Source of the DNA: Balanoglossus misakiensis
Taxonomy: Eukaryota; Animalia; Hemichordata
Reading direction: 5' to 3'
Assembly: GCA_040954595.2 (NCBI GenBank)
Contig: CM082585.2
Location: 7,527,808 to 7,591,807 of the forward strand
DNA: 64,000 nt
In this document: in pieces, positions 37,801-51,746 of the stretch
How positions within the stretch are numbered: the first letter of the stretch is position 1
Layout: each line of letters begins with the position of its first letter
Program-made: the position numbers and the translations under genes
The notes under the pieces: model-generated
Database searches by the model: none
What the model was told of the DNA's origin: nothing
The model's input: the letters and a program-made list of their open reading frames with translations, nothing else

Positions 37801-40689
37801 TTCGGATAACATTCCCTTGTTTCCATTGTTTCAGGCAGTTCAGTGTCTTCGTTTCAAACTGTGCAGTTTACCAGCAAACCATGCACAGGCTACATAAGCC
37901 ATGCGTGGGGGGCTCGTCGGGGTCTGCCATAAATTCTGACGCTTGTCGATGCTAAACCCTGTCTGAATGTTCCACAAGATAGTGGTTGAAAAAAAATCAG
38001 GATGATACATTTCTATACTTATGATTTTAAACGCACGGACCCCAATTACAAAACATACCGTGGATTTATGTACCGGTTATAATTTGCGGCCATAAAACAC
38101 ACACATGAAAAGCGTTCTTGCATTAAAAATAGAGGCCGAGTTGTCCAAGTTAACATGATACGGGCGCATTTAACATGTTTTATCACAGGCCATCAATATT
38201 CCCGATTTTATGAGTTTTCCATTTCAGTGATATTAAAAGATGTATATCATTGCCTTTTGGGAATACATTTGTCCTTGTAAGGATTTGTACGTTCGAGGGA
38301 AGATCAAAACTTGACGATTTGACATGCAAACATCTTCAGGTGAGAAAAACTAACCGAGGTTTGAAAGACTGAAAGTTTGCGGCTTTATATTGCCAATACC
38401 ACTAAAGAACACCCTGTCCGTGCGTCAGTCCTGTAAGCATAACAGGAACAGCGTGCATCTATTATTCCTATACATATCTTGGTTTTACAAGAAAGAGGAA
38501 ATATTGCCAGATAGATTAATCGGGAGTTAACTGATTTGCGATAGTCTTTCTTGCGTTGCTGTTGTTGCCCCCGCTTTAACGAGCGCCAGCGATTTCTCGA
38601 CAAGACAGTGCGGAAATTGAACAATCGCGAGATGGATAACCTTTTAATCCTATCGAAGCGCTGACAACCGCACCACGTGTACTTTGGGGCGCGACGTCAG
38701 AAGGTTACTGTGAGATAAAAGAAAGTCTGCGTCTTATGTTTTCCTAATCCCACCCCTAAGGGTCGTAATTGGCTTTTATTTAACCCGGCGAGTGTGGGAA
38801 ATGTATCAAATAAATGAATGAAACAAATGTCAGTGTTTTGGTGAGGCTTCGGGCAGTCGCAAGGGCATTTCAACAAAAAAAACCTCGCTCGCTTGAGCTT
38901 CGAAACAAAATTAGCACTTCGACTATATTGATGATTGAATCCCCTCGGTAAATAAATCGATTTATGAAGTCCCCCTATGATCCCCAAACTAAAAAAAATT
39001 AATGTTTTTATCCGAAATTCAGCTGTCCACAATCCACAAAGGGATGTCAAATTGAATGGACACCAACGATTATTTGAATTTGCCGAATTTTATTCCCGTG
39101 CCAATGATAACTTGGCTGACCGTGATTAAATCCACGTTTTACAGTAGATTTTGGACGTTTTCCTGAAAAGTGCGAATTTTCTAATGCGCTGGACATGCAT
39201 TACGAGTTGCAGTTATTAAAAGGCAAAATATAACTTCGCAAAGTGAGGCAACCAGGATTAAGTCCCATCTTTGTATTTCGTTCAAAACACGCAAGGGAAA
39301 CAGTGTGACGCTGTGTTAGAATGCATGTTTCAAACCAGCTTATTTTCAGATGTAATTTACGTCCATCTGACAATGTCCAACCTGAGATAAGCTAAGGCGT
39401 CATTACTAGTATCACAGTGCATGCGCCTCTGATGCATTAAAAACCACTGTCCGCCCCAACACATGCATCCCATCAATACATTCTTCACAAATAGACTGAC
39501 AACATAAATGTGGCACTATCTGCTATCACTTCCCGCCGTCATTATACTTGAATCAGCTAGCTGCAAATTGCCATTCAATTGGTCGGTTCTTGATTGTCGC
39601 CGGGGGTTTGTTTGATGAACACAGACCAGTGCAGACGATGTAATCATTGTTTTATGTCGAAGACTCATCTCGGTGTTTTGAGCTAGAAAACTAATTTCTA
39701 ACGTTAACCCACGCCGCCGTTTCTCTTATTTTCTGGCACCATTGAACACACCCTTTTACTGTTTGACAAGGCCCCTATTCCCCTGCAGACAATATTACAC
39801 GAATGCAGCGAATTCTCGGTATACAGTCTTTATAATATCCGCCTCCGTGCATAGACAAATGGCGGATAGATATCACGTAATTAATAATGCAAATCCGTCT
39901 TAATCCTCAGCAGATGAAACTTTTCACATCTTTTGATTCGTGGTTTTGGTCTTAAACTGCGTTTGTCCATTATAAATGCTGAGTGACGGAACAAAGCGCA
40001 TTTTAAAGATTATAAACAATGTCACCCTTGCAGCTCCAGTTTTACGGTATTTCTCTGGTCGTAGAGGGCAGTCTTTGGTGACAAAATCCGGGTCGGTCGC
40101 AAAGCTTTCGCCCTATTGCAGTGCTGATGTGTCTTTCAAGCAGTGATAGACAGGGAAGGTTCATCGCCGCTCTACATGTAAATTTAAGTGAATTGCTGTT
40201 TGCTGTGCGCGACGTGTGAGGCTTCACCTTGCTTTATAGGCAGAAGTGAAAGGTCAGACCCTGACATGTTGAGGACACCAAAGCGGTAAATCCTTGAGAT
40301 ATTCTAGTGCGGAAATACTTTTATTTATTAAAGGAAAGCGTTGTGCTTTCAAGTCTGTGTTACCAGCTGCTCGGTGTGCCGTCCCCAGACAGCGATCAAA
40401 GCATCACCAACCCTCAAAATTATACCGCACGGTTTTAATGTTTATAGCAAATAGAGTAAACTCCGGGGATCGATGAACGGAGATCCCGAACGGCTGTCTC
40501 GGGATGGTTTCAAACGACGGCCAATTCACGTCGTCAACATATGTCCATCTCTGGATCAGGGAGCTTTCGTGTCGGCAATTAGTATGCTTCGGTGGTTGGC
40601 AGTTTAATGTGTATTTGCGTGTTCGGCCTCTTATGTGGTTAATCCTTTGTGTAATCATATATGTTTCTTAGATATCCATAAAACAGGAT

Positions 40690-40819
<130 letters not shown>

Positions 40820-41924
40820 GATTGCCGTTGTTGCTTCTATTACTCCTGCCCACATGGTCCACCGCTCTCACAGCTGACGTCAAGCTCGGTGGATGTGGTC
40901 GGAAAGAAGCGAACAGAACGAGGAGTCTCTTTTGAATCCATCATCCGCATCGGGTGTCAACAGAAGATGTCAAAGTGTCAAGCCTCGCAGTTCACCGACT
41001 GTCAGATATGACTGATGGCTGCGTAGTTTCCAGGAATTCAGTCAGAATCCGCGCCGGGAGCTGTCAGATGGTTTCCGCTGGGGAATTTACTTTACAAACA
41101 TCAATATACGTTTAGACTTCTATCGAGGGAAATTAATCAGTGAAGAAAAGCGCTTTTTTATTGATCGTCGAAAAAATCAAGGCAATCACTGAAAATGTGT
41201 TAACGTGTCATTGTACGTATTGGGTTGATCAGAGTGAAGGAATGTCACGTTGTTATTCCCTGCGGTGTTGCAGACTCAACTTGTCGCGTGATATGCAAGC
41301 ACTGACGTACGACGTTCGAGTCAATGATCTCTCTTCACGGCTCAATGGAAGTCGTTCGATCCCGAGTCACGGTGAGAGTTGAGGAGACCGAGGGGACCCC
41401 CTCCCCGAGGAAGCACCATGGATCCGCGTGAACGCATGGCCCGAATCCTTGACTTTTCGCTCTGCTGGTCGCCGACCTCACAGATATCTGCGGTATGCCT
41501 TCTCGAGCGCTTGCGCCGAGCCACCTGGGTTTTTCTCGCGGAGGCCCGCACACATTCAAAGCAGGTGCAGCAGCGTCTCACACATGGTGCCGTGACCGTA
41601 CGATGTCGGCGGGCACTGCTTTCTGGATATCATCGTTCGGCAAGTGCGTGTGTCTGTGTCTGAAACGGCAAAACATACAAAAGCTCGCGGGATTCGTGAA
41701 GCTGAACCGATGCCAACCAAGCTCGCCAGTCTCACGAATCCCGTCAGCAAATGATAGGTATGGCTGCTGTCAAAGGGACGGCGGACTTTAAAAAAACAAC
41801 GAATAAAACACGCACAGGAATTCCCCCACTCGGATTGGCATTTGATGTTTTCCGAACTGCAGTAGTGTTTATGTCTAATCGCACGCCACGTGTATCCATA
41901 GACAGTAGAGTGGTGAAATAACTT

Positions 41925-41977
41925 GCCTGGTATCCAGACCGCAGTCTGTTTTACACACTGCATTCTGGATACCAGGC
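41925..41977. mobile_element. Short palindromic MITE-like element with a 14-bp perfect inverted repeat
   Basis: GCCTGGTATCCAGA (41925-41938) and TCTGGATACCAGGC (41964-41977), with inner GCAGT/ACTGC pairing. Confidence 0.6.
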
Positions 41978-43203
41978 TATACTCCTATAAGGGCAACTAC
42001 GGTGCCGCCTTTGGGTCACTCCACAAAGGACCATGTCAGTAACTTGTCTTTGCGCAATCTTCAGTCCTGACGCGACTTGTCCGGCCTTGGGCCCAGACAC
42101 AAATGTACCAGCCCATCAATTATTACAATAGTGCGTGTATAGGGCTTCAAGTCCACGGACCCTCGTTTTGTTTTCACGGGGGTCTCTTACACAAATGACA
42201 TCGTTTAAAAGTGATTTGGATCTTCAATTGTGTCTATGAGAAGAAAACAGCCTATAGATAATACGTTCACCGGCCTGCCCGTATTATACCTGCGCTGAGA
42301 ATGTGTGTACATTAAACTATTATGACCCCTTATGTACACGTATACACACACGGGGGTCAGCATAACCGATTTTTAACATGAACTTTGGTCCCTCGCGTGA
42401 TACATTTATTGCGAGGTTCATCGCGGTGTCTAGTCATTTAATAAGTGTGTTCGACGGGTGAAAGATTGCCAGCCAGGTAGGTCAGTTGCAAATGTGTCTG
42501 CTGATACACTTAGTAGTATAGTAGGGGATTGATAACACGGCCAGAATCGCCCCAATGAATTGACCGTTTTAATTGGGCGTGTGCTATACTGGGAAAGCTG
42601 CGTCCGGCGTTTTTTAGTGAGATGTTTTAATTTTGAAGTTTCTGTGACGAAAACTGCTCATTTGTGGACTTTACTCTACCCGTACCCATGGTACGTGACC
42701 GTCCATATGATAAGCTAGCAAAGTAGATGAGCGTAAATATGTGTCAAGGTCTTTTTGACGGACTTACCTTTATACCGATTTTCCAAACACAAGGCTTACA
42801 ACCATTCGACCGAGAAAAAAAAATGATGGCACACAACTTCCAACGAGGAACGACTTGTTTTCGAGAGATTTCGAACGTAATCTCTTTTATTTTATTTCGA
42901 AAACAAAATAGCTTGTTTGAATAATAAGGTCGCCGATAAACCACAGGTCCATGCACCGTGAACCGTCCAACCTGTCCAACAACCATGGAAGTGTCGCATG
43001 TAAATAATAAGTTATGAATTATGCGTATAACGGCTAATGGCAAATATACTCGTTTATATGCCCTCGTCACTCTTCACACCATTCTCCCAGTTACCACCAT
43101 GAAGACTAAAGGAATCCTTCATTGTTAAATTCCAACATATTCCGTATTGAGGTCATTGCTGTTTTGGTGCTAGTATTTATTTTTGGTTTATCTTGCAGTC
43201 AAA

Positions 43204-44658
43204 ATGGATTACGTCAGAGTTATGGGCCAGAGGCTGTTCAGTGGTAAACCGGAAGAGTTGAAGTTCACTGTCACGAATAAATATGAGGTAGGTGGCGAAC
43301 GGTTGTCGAATCTGTTGACCCCTTGCTGAACCTTTCCAGTGTGACAAACGTTAAGGGGAAATGTCGCCCGAACTGCGCATGTGCGAGTTTTCTGTTATAA
43401 ACGCACCACCAGCATTATTGGAAATGTGTTAAAAAAGTAACATTTGTAAAAATCACATTTTTTTGCAATGATGTACTAAATAACGATTTCCTCTTCATAA
43501 TATGCGCCTGCTCGGATCATAAATATTTGCAGGACTTCGAGGAGAGGAAATATCCAGCCACCAAGTTTGTTACCGTTGAAATCAAAGGTGCGGCCTCCTA
43601 CAAGGAGGCGAGCAACGAAGGATGGAAAAAGCTCTTTGGTTATTTGGCGTCTGGTAATGACAAGAGTAAGTGGACTGGTTTTAGTTTTAAACTACCACTG
43701 TACGGAACATTTTGTACATTATTTTCATAATTTTTAAGTGTTCCTTTTACAACGCACTTACCGATGAGTTCAAACTGATTATCAACTTGAACACTGATGG
43801 GGCTATATATCAAACCATCGTAATTTTTTAACTGTTGTAACTGCATTGTGTGGCATTTCATACGTCTGTTTTGATCTGTTCAAACGTCCAAGTCCTTGTC
43901 AAGAATATTCCAGGGATGAGTTTTATTTCACACCTCATACTGTTACAGTAACAGCTTTCGACGTTTGATTTCAGAGTTGAACATAAACATGACTGTTCCG
44001 GTGTGTATTCACATCTTGCCCGTGGCAGACGACTTCAAAGAGATGAAATTAGATTTCGTTGTTGGATTCCTGCTGCCTGAAAAACACCACGAGGACCCTC
44101 CAAAGCCAAAAGATGAAGCCATAACAGTGAGAAGTACGCCAGAACATGACGTTTACGTCAGGTATTGACGTCATCAGAACGTGTTGTTTGCATATCTAGC
44201 ACCCATAGACAAGTTCACTTCAAAAATACGTTCCTTAGCGCGTACTTCTCAACATTTCCCTGCTAGAAGAGGAGGGGGCAGACAATCTCTTCGTAGTTAG
44301 CATAGAACTTGAGTCACCTTTTATTGTTCTGCCGCAAAATTTCAGTTTAACTCGGGCACTGTATCCGCCATCTTGAAATTATTTGTTACTAAGGGGTCAA
44401 ATCACAACTGCATTGTGGGTAAAAAGGCGACAACTCACGGTAGTATTAAAGAGTACCACACTCTGATATATCGATGTTTTATTCAATAGAACATTTGGAG
44501 GATATGCAAACGACAAGGAAATCAAGGAAGAGATCCTGAAACTGAAGGCATCTGTCGGCGACCGACCCATCATCAAGGACAGATACTATTTCTGTGCCTT
44601 TGACAGTCCCATGAAGTTGACGGGAAGGAGAAATGAAGTTTGGCTTCTGAAGGCATGA
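43204..44658 (+). CDS. SOUL family heme-binding protein (HEBP2-like), 190 aa
   Basis: Exons 43204-43287, 43533-43665, 43975-44161, 44490-44658 (573 nt). SOUL signatures FEERKYPATKF, KLFGYL..GND, INMTVPV, PPKPKD, VYVRTFGGYA, FDSPMKLTGRRNEVW. Confidence 0.93.
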
Positions 44659-44784
44659 ACATACTCTATGAATATCTCTAGTTTCTAGGGTCAGAAAGAA
44701 GACAAGGTTATGACTATTACATGACTTGTAATTTTTTCAAGTTCTGGGGGAATTACGCCATTTGAGCTTCATTTTGAGATAACG

Positions 44785-44877
44785 TTAACCCTTTCACCAC
44801 CATGGTTCAGTCCAAACGCATTGTTTCCTATGGAAAAGTTGGACTTCTAAAGAGGGAACTGGGGGTGAAAGGGTTAA
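44785..44877. mobile_element. piggyBac-type MITE (85 bp) with TTAA target-site duplication, in the SOUL 3' region
   Basis: TTAA-CCCTTTCACC ... GGTGAAAGGG-TTAA: perfect TIRs starting CCC and flanked by TTAA. Confidence 0.8.
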
Positions 44878-45628
44878 ATGGAGTCGGGAGAATTATATTT
44901 AGGTCAAATACCATCTACAGCCCAGCGTCCATCTTAATTTCAATGTGATATGCACAGCTGTTCATTTTCTTTGAACGATGGGGGTGAAACAAGACATACA
45001 GACACAGTTTTTTTTGTTAGTGACGAATAGAGGGGCAAAATGTGCATAGCTTTATTTGAAAACATCTCAACTGCAATAACTGTGCTCCAAATTTCCTCGG
45101 TGTTCATAATTTCAATATGCTTGATCAGAGCACATCGGTCAGGTTGGCTGTGCAAATAATACAAGACATGTAGCAATTATCAAGATCTAAAAGTAATGGC
45201 AAGTAAAGTATTTAAATCTAAAAATACAATAAAACCAATATAAATCCAAATAGTGTAAATTTATTTGTGTACAGTATACCATCTATCCCTGAGTGGTTAA
45301 AATGGACAAAAAGTTTTTTGTTAAAGCCTCATATCCCCTTTAAAATTAATTTTGAGGTTTTACTTTGAAAACCATTCTTCCTGATGATTTCAACACTTAG
45401 AAATGGAAAGTTTTGAGTTTTGGTAAGTTTATAATCTTTGTCTTGTTTGAAATGCTATTTACCGTTAGACCATCAGTGCGTTCTTTACCATCAACAGTGG
45501 TATGTAGTAAAGATGGCGGAGCGCGATGGCTTAGCCTCGGTTTAGGCTGACTGTGATGATGCTGCCATTCTACACTGAATGGGTCAAGACGTCTAGTTGC
45601 GACTGTGGAGCGATGGTGTGCCCAGAAC

Positions 45629-48600
45629 TCAAAATTTCGTCTCTGCAACATCTGCCTTGCCATCGATCACGACAAGAGGATCGATCTCGGTCGGTTTCTC
45701 CTCGTCGTCAGACTCCGGGATGAGTATGTTGACGCCGTCGTCGGCTTGACCGCTTGCCGGAGCACCGTCGCCTTGAGCCGCGCCCAGGACATCGTCCCCT
45801 TGACCGCTGGGTGGACCACCGTTGGCTCCATCGGCGATCGTGCTGGCCGTGGCACCCTCGTCGCCCTGATCGCTTGGCGGAGACACGACCAACACCGGCG
45901 TCGACGGTCTACTCTCTCTGCTCTTGGCAATGGCCCTGGTGATCACTATTTGCTTGTGCAGCATCTGACTGCGTCGGCGCAGGTAGTGATGCAGATCGTG
46001 GTTGTCGTCGTGGATACCATTACGGTCAAATTTGTGATCACGCATCTGTGGGGGAAAAGTTTTTTTTAGATTTAAGTTTCAGGTTTTTTTTTATCAGAGA
46101 ACACAAGTTTGTCATATCCAGTAAAATACAAAATAACCAACATGCCTAATCATGAAGGATTATACAATAGGTTGAATTTGTATGGAAGGAGAAACATGCA
46201 CTTACTCTTTGACTAGGATTTTTCCTCAACAGGTTTTGAACGTCTGTTGTATCAGGCTCAGGGATGATCTGGTCTTGTTCTGGTTTACCTGCAGTATAGG
46301 AAAGTAAATGTATATTACATGCAGTACTGTGTCCCGATTTTAACAAATCTGACTTGGTCACCCGAGGGGACCTGCGAAAAGGAGAAAGTTTTTTTTTTTC
46401 ATCAACAACTCACTACTGTGTTGGACGTTGAGGTAATTTTCTGCGGGGACTTCATTACGAAGGTTGCTCTCCACACGGTGCAGTTCATCCACAGCTCCAC
46501 TCATTCCGTGCACAACAGCCTCTACGCTGGCTAGATGCTCCCTGGAATTTTAAGAACAGGAAAGAGTGAAAGAACACACCATCTTATAAAAGTTCAGACT
46601 TCTAAAAAAAACACCTGAGAGACTTAGAATCCATAGTGATGACTTACTTAATGCTGATTTTTTCATATTTTAACATAATTTGGACATCGAGTGTCTGGGG
46701 TTCCTTCTGTAGCCATTTCTTGAAGTACGTATCATCAAGGTGCTCAAGCCATACCTGTAAGAAGTGGATATACGTGTCATTGATTGCTCAACAAGGTACG
46801 TTATTCCGATCAGATGGCTACAAATCATGGTTAACTAGTGATATAAGACGGGTATAGTGATCTTGAAGTGTTTAAAAATAATAAGAAAAGGTGGTCTTGT
46901 TGAACACACTGAGTCAAGAAATTAAAACGACTGATTTGATAAATATAACAAATTCCTGACGTCCTTTACCCTGAAGTAGTTTTCTCCCTTATGACCTACG
47001 ATTTCTTCCACTCCAGCCATCAGATAGTCAGTAGTCTGAAAGGAAGAATTTTTGATTAACTTCAGTGTTCCTTGGAAATGGAATTGTACCTAAACCCAAA
47101 TGACGCACATGTAAAGTAAAATGCTCCAAAACATATTCATTCCTCAACATGGAAACCTGAGTCTGCCTCACATACATATTATGTTTTGTCTTCTCATTTC
47201 TTCAATTCAGTCCACTTACATTGACGCTCATTTCTTCAAACATGCTGCGCTTGTGATCGTCAGCCAGATGGATTCTCATGACCTTTACCAGAGGCTTCAC
47301 GCTGATTCCCTGTGGAGTGATAATATACAAGAAGATGACCAAGAAATCACTGGTATGACAACTGTCTGTCTGTCTATAATCTGCACATCTGATTCCAGTA
47401 TAGCTAAATCATATTATGACATGTTATTTTGTAATGTATGCTATATGTTATGCTATGATGATTCTTAACACAGGCTCTTTAGTGCCTCTATAATCATGTA
47501 TGTTCAGCGCTGTATTATCAGATGGTGCAGTCATGTCTGATCTGGAACATATGTTACGAACTGCTTTGTGTAGCTGTTTTTCCTGGATGATTTTTAAAGT
47601 AATTGTCCAAGCGATTTTTAAACACATTAATTGAAAAGCTGCACTGACAACTGCCATGCACTCCACCAGGTTAAGCATGCCAGAAACAGAAAGCATATGC
47701 AGCTTTACCTGCACAAACACAGTGAAGATGATTACAGCCAAGGTTGTTGTGACTAACATCCTCTTGAGTGGAATCTGATCTTCGTCGAGGAGAATAACCA
47801 GCGAGAAACAGACTGCGCCACGCAATCCACCATAGCCCTGTGAAAGCCAAACATCGGTCTGGTCAGACTTGGCACAACCCTATTTTAAACGACATTTTCT
47901 CATGGGTGTTTTCTCCATTTCAGGGTTACTTTGGACGTGTCATCATCAACAACAGTCACCACTAACATCTGAGGTAAAGCTTTCCAGAAAATGTCTCTGC
48001 CTATAGGGATGTCTGAAATTGCCTCAGGTGAGTGTAAATTTTGGATTAAAATTAGCATAGCTAATTGGAGTCAAAGAGACACCACCTACCATAATGAACT
48101 GTTCTTCCCAGTTGATTTTTCGGGCATACTTGTATCTGTTCACCAGGAATGTCAAGGCTATCACAACTGTGGGGGTAGAAAAGCTGTCAAGATGTAGTAT
48201 ATAACTCACAGAAAGACACCAAATGCAGTAAAATTCAATGGAACTAATGGCATGTCATACATGTTGTTCCTGTCGATGTACAAAACACCGTGCCATTGGA
48301 TAACATTCTGCATGTTTTCATCAAAGAAAGTCTATCACCCAATCAGCACTTGTGTTGCAACAAATTGATCTCACAATAGATCTCACACTCCCAGCAGCCA
48401 GGAATGTGAGAATAAGTCATTTCAAGTTCGACTTACCTACATATCTGTAGAAAAAGCAGAACAACAGCGTGAAGATGACAAACCATGTATTCCAGATGTG
48501 TTGCTGAGAGACTAGAACATGGCCCAAGAAGAAAAAGATGACAGATTCTGTCGTCGACCTAGAAGGCAGAACAGGAAAATGTGATGTTTGTTATCCCAAA

Positions 48601-51600
48601 ATGATAACTGTCGGTAGAAAGTTAAAGACCAGTCTTTTCTTGCTGTCTACTTTTAACCCTTGGTGCTGTGAAACTATGGCATGAGACCTTTACTGTCATG
48701 AAGTTCACAGTGGCTACTTACGCTAACATCTTCATGAAATATTTGACGGTGGTGTGGGATTTGTGTGAAATGTTTGCAAAGCTGTAGTTGGCCTGCATGA
48801 GTCCGCACGCAATGAGGCTACATGGAGGAAAAAAACAAACAGAAATGGAATCAAAAATAGAATTTCTGTTTGCTCTGGTTTACGGTTACGTTAGGAAGTA
48901 GGTCTTGCTGTTTTTCTCGAACGACAGTAGGTCTCCAAGGTTTGACAGTTGGCGGAGAAGGAAAACATTTAACTCTGTGAAAACAAAGAAACTGATTCGT
49001 ATAAACATTTCAAAAATCTTGTATATGTATTACTGAACTTCTGTTTATGAGTGATGAATTCATTATCGACACCACTGCCTATACCATAGAGGGCGCTCTA
49101 TTTGAGCAAAATAAGTGACCAGACCTTTTCTGAATCATTCTCGCTGAATGCCAAAAGAAGGATTTGTCAGAGCATGAGAAATGAGAGTATTGATTCTTGC
49201 CAAAATTTTAGGTTCGGGGGAGAAATGGTTGAAATATACTCACGCGATGATTCCTGAAAATTCAAACAATTCGGCAAGCAGATAGGACAGGTAGGCAACA
49301 CCGATGATGGCCAATGGTTCAACAACTGTGGATGCCAAAAAAGTACGATAATGCATCAAAAGTCTCGAAAATCAAAGTCGTAAATCTTTTCTTGTATATC
49401 ACTCAAGGCAACTAAAGATTGTGCTCTAAAATTAAGCAAATATTGGTCCAAGCAAAATTTGGAATGAGACTGCAACATGCCAATGAATATATCAACATGG
49501 ATGATCTCATGACCAAACTCACTGTGTGACATCTCATAATTTATTCAATGTCACAAGGACCTTTGTATACTCACCACGCACATGCGTTGTAAACTTCGTA
49601 ATCAGAGCCGTGATTATACCACAGACAATGCCAATAGTTACACTACCCAGGGTGACAACTATAAAAGCCAGTATGCCAAGACCAATCTGAAATGTAAAAA
49701 AAAAATTTTTACTGGTATATATCTGGAGATGAGACAGGGATAAGGATGAAGAGGGATGAGAACGAGAAGAGATGAGATGATGTCATTACCTGTGACCCAG
49801 GCACACTTGGCATGCCGAGGAACGCCACCATCATTCTGTACAGCACCACAGTCACAGCATCTGCAAGCGTACAACACGTCAATTTTACTGATCACCCCTT
49901 GCCAATATGTCAACAGAGGGTGAATCTCCCCCATTATCTGGATGAAACACTGGTTAACTATCAACTCGTTCATTTACTGGTAATTAACAAACCGAATCCT
50001 TGCATAAGTAGATTTCTGGTTCATGATTGGTTGCAATTTTACACAGGTGCACATCCCTGACCAATCAGAGTCAATCGATCTGGCAGGAGGGAGAGAGAGA
50101 GCCCACTCACCATTGAGGAGAGACTCGCCGAACACCAGAAAGTACAGCACCTGGTTGACGTGGATTTCTTGGAAGATGGCCAGGACGGCCACCGGGTCGA
50201 CAGCGACGATCAGCGCGCTGAAGGTCAGACATTCTACCAGAGAAAGGGAAATGGAACCTCCGAGAAGTCCGGCCTCGGATATACCATATAACGACGGACC
50301 TGTAAAAAAACAAAGTAAGACGTTTCATACCTCACTTGAGGGCGCTCCCCCACAATCCCCAAACACGTGCATTGAAAACCAACATTCAGAAAAAACACAT
50401 TGAAAAGTAAATTTATGAAACAAGCGTAAAGTGTCAGATTCAATTTGCTTGAGAAAAAGGATACGTACCAATTAGAAAGCAGCTGATAATCGTGCCCTGC
50501 AAAGAAACAAGCCCACCAGGTAAGAAAGTTTTATTGAATTTTTTTAGGGGGTTACAAAATGTACATGAAAAACATGAAAAACCATTAAAGAACATAGTAA
50601 GGACCAGAGAACTCACCACTACGGCATAAACCAGTATGGTTCCAAAATTATTGAAAAATGTCCTATCATGAAGTGAATATGCAGACTCCAGTACAGACCT
50701 GCCAAACATGACAGATAAAAAAAATGAGCAACATTTTTACTCCCCGAGCTTTGTATAATTAAATTAGATGAGATTGACATTATACTGTCTTAAAGTTAAA
50801 TATTGGAGAAAAGACCTCACATGATTCGGTAAAGTTGTACTTACGGAGGTAGGAGGAACAGAAAAAATGTTCTTGAGGAAAAAACAAGAATGTTTTCACT
50901 TCCAACAGCACTGAAATGAAAACAAACCCACAGAAACAGAAATTTAGCATCACGTTATAATTTCTGAAATAACGAAAAATATGACCGCTTTAAAACATTC
51001 CCTTTCAGAAATCATCCGAAATGTTCTGAAGAAAAAGATGCTTGCTTCCAGTTACTAGACCTCCACACAGGACCACACACACCACTCATAGTACCCAGTA
51101 CATTGCATACTCACTATGCAATAAGACCAACAAGTGTTCCCAGCACGATCAACAGGCAAGACTCTGGGAATATCGAGGACAATACTCCAGCATGATGGAA
51201 CCCTGGGAGACAAAAAAAGAAAAGAAAAGGAAACCCTTTGAAATTAATTCACTGTGAGTAATGATACTAAATGATATAGTTATAACCCTTTCAACAACAT
51301 AATCAAAATGTTGTCATTTTTTTTCACAAAATTAACCTAATAACTTTTACTACATTTTTTCCACAATTTTGATCAAGACCTGCAGACAATGGAAAAGTAT
51401 GTCCTCTTTGTCTTCAATTTAGGGGGAAAATGGGTAAAAATTTGCTAAAAGGAGAAAAATGTTGAGGTAAATACAGACCTATCTTGGCAACAGCGGCGAT
51501 CAAAACAAAAAGGGTAATGACGAGGGGCCCTCTGACGTAATCGATGTTCCACTCTGCCAAGACAACACCCTCATGCTCTCCTTCCTCTTCATGTTCTTTT

Positions 51601-51746
51601 CCGCCGTCGGTTTCATTGCCTCCGTGATGAACTTGAGTGGCATTGCCAACTTCGTAAGTTTCCGCGTCCTCTGAAGCTGTGACTACAGCAATGGAGAAGA
51701 GGGTGGCAGCGATCAAAATGAGGGGCAATTTGGCAGCTTGTTGCAT
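45629..51746 (-). CDS. Sodium/hydrogen exchanger, plasma-membrane SLC9A1-5 type, about 766 aa, 19 coding exons
   Basis: Exons 51746-51479, 51202-51115, 50910-50845, 50698-50617, 50496-50469, 50299-50111, 49860-49790, 49686-49575, 49325-49244, 48817-48722, 48558-48437, 48166-48090, 47837-47709, 47309-47220, 47035-46970, 46754-46648, 46541-46414, 46288-46206, 46045-45629 (2301 nt, phases consistent). Signal-peptide-like N-terminus; motifs AKIGFH, PESCLLI, FFLFLLPP, AVDPVAVLAIF, FGESLLNDAVTVVLY, YGGLRGAV, TVFVQG; ends ETKF. Confidence 0.94.
51283..51455. mobile_element. Second copy of the interspersed repeat seen at 34315-34490
   Basis: Starts TAACCCTTTC and shares the ACCTGCAGA(C/T)AATGGAA core and the downstream GGGGAAA segment. 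Confidence 0.65.

Noticed and set aside
41920-41930. Minus-strand CAG|GCAAGT as a possible GC-AG donor
   Set aside because: Lies at the arm of the small palindromic element, which explains it more simply.
45605-46069. 154-aa plus-strand ORF
   Set aside because: Antisense shadow of the last NHE exon.
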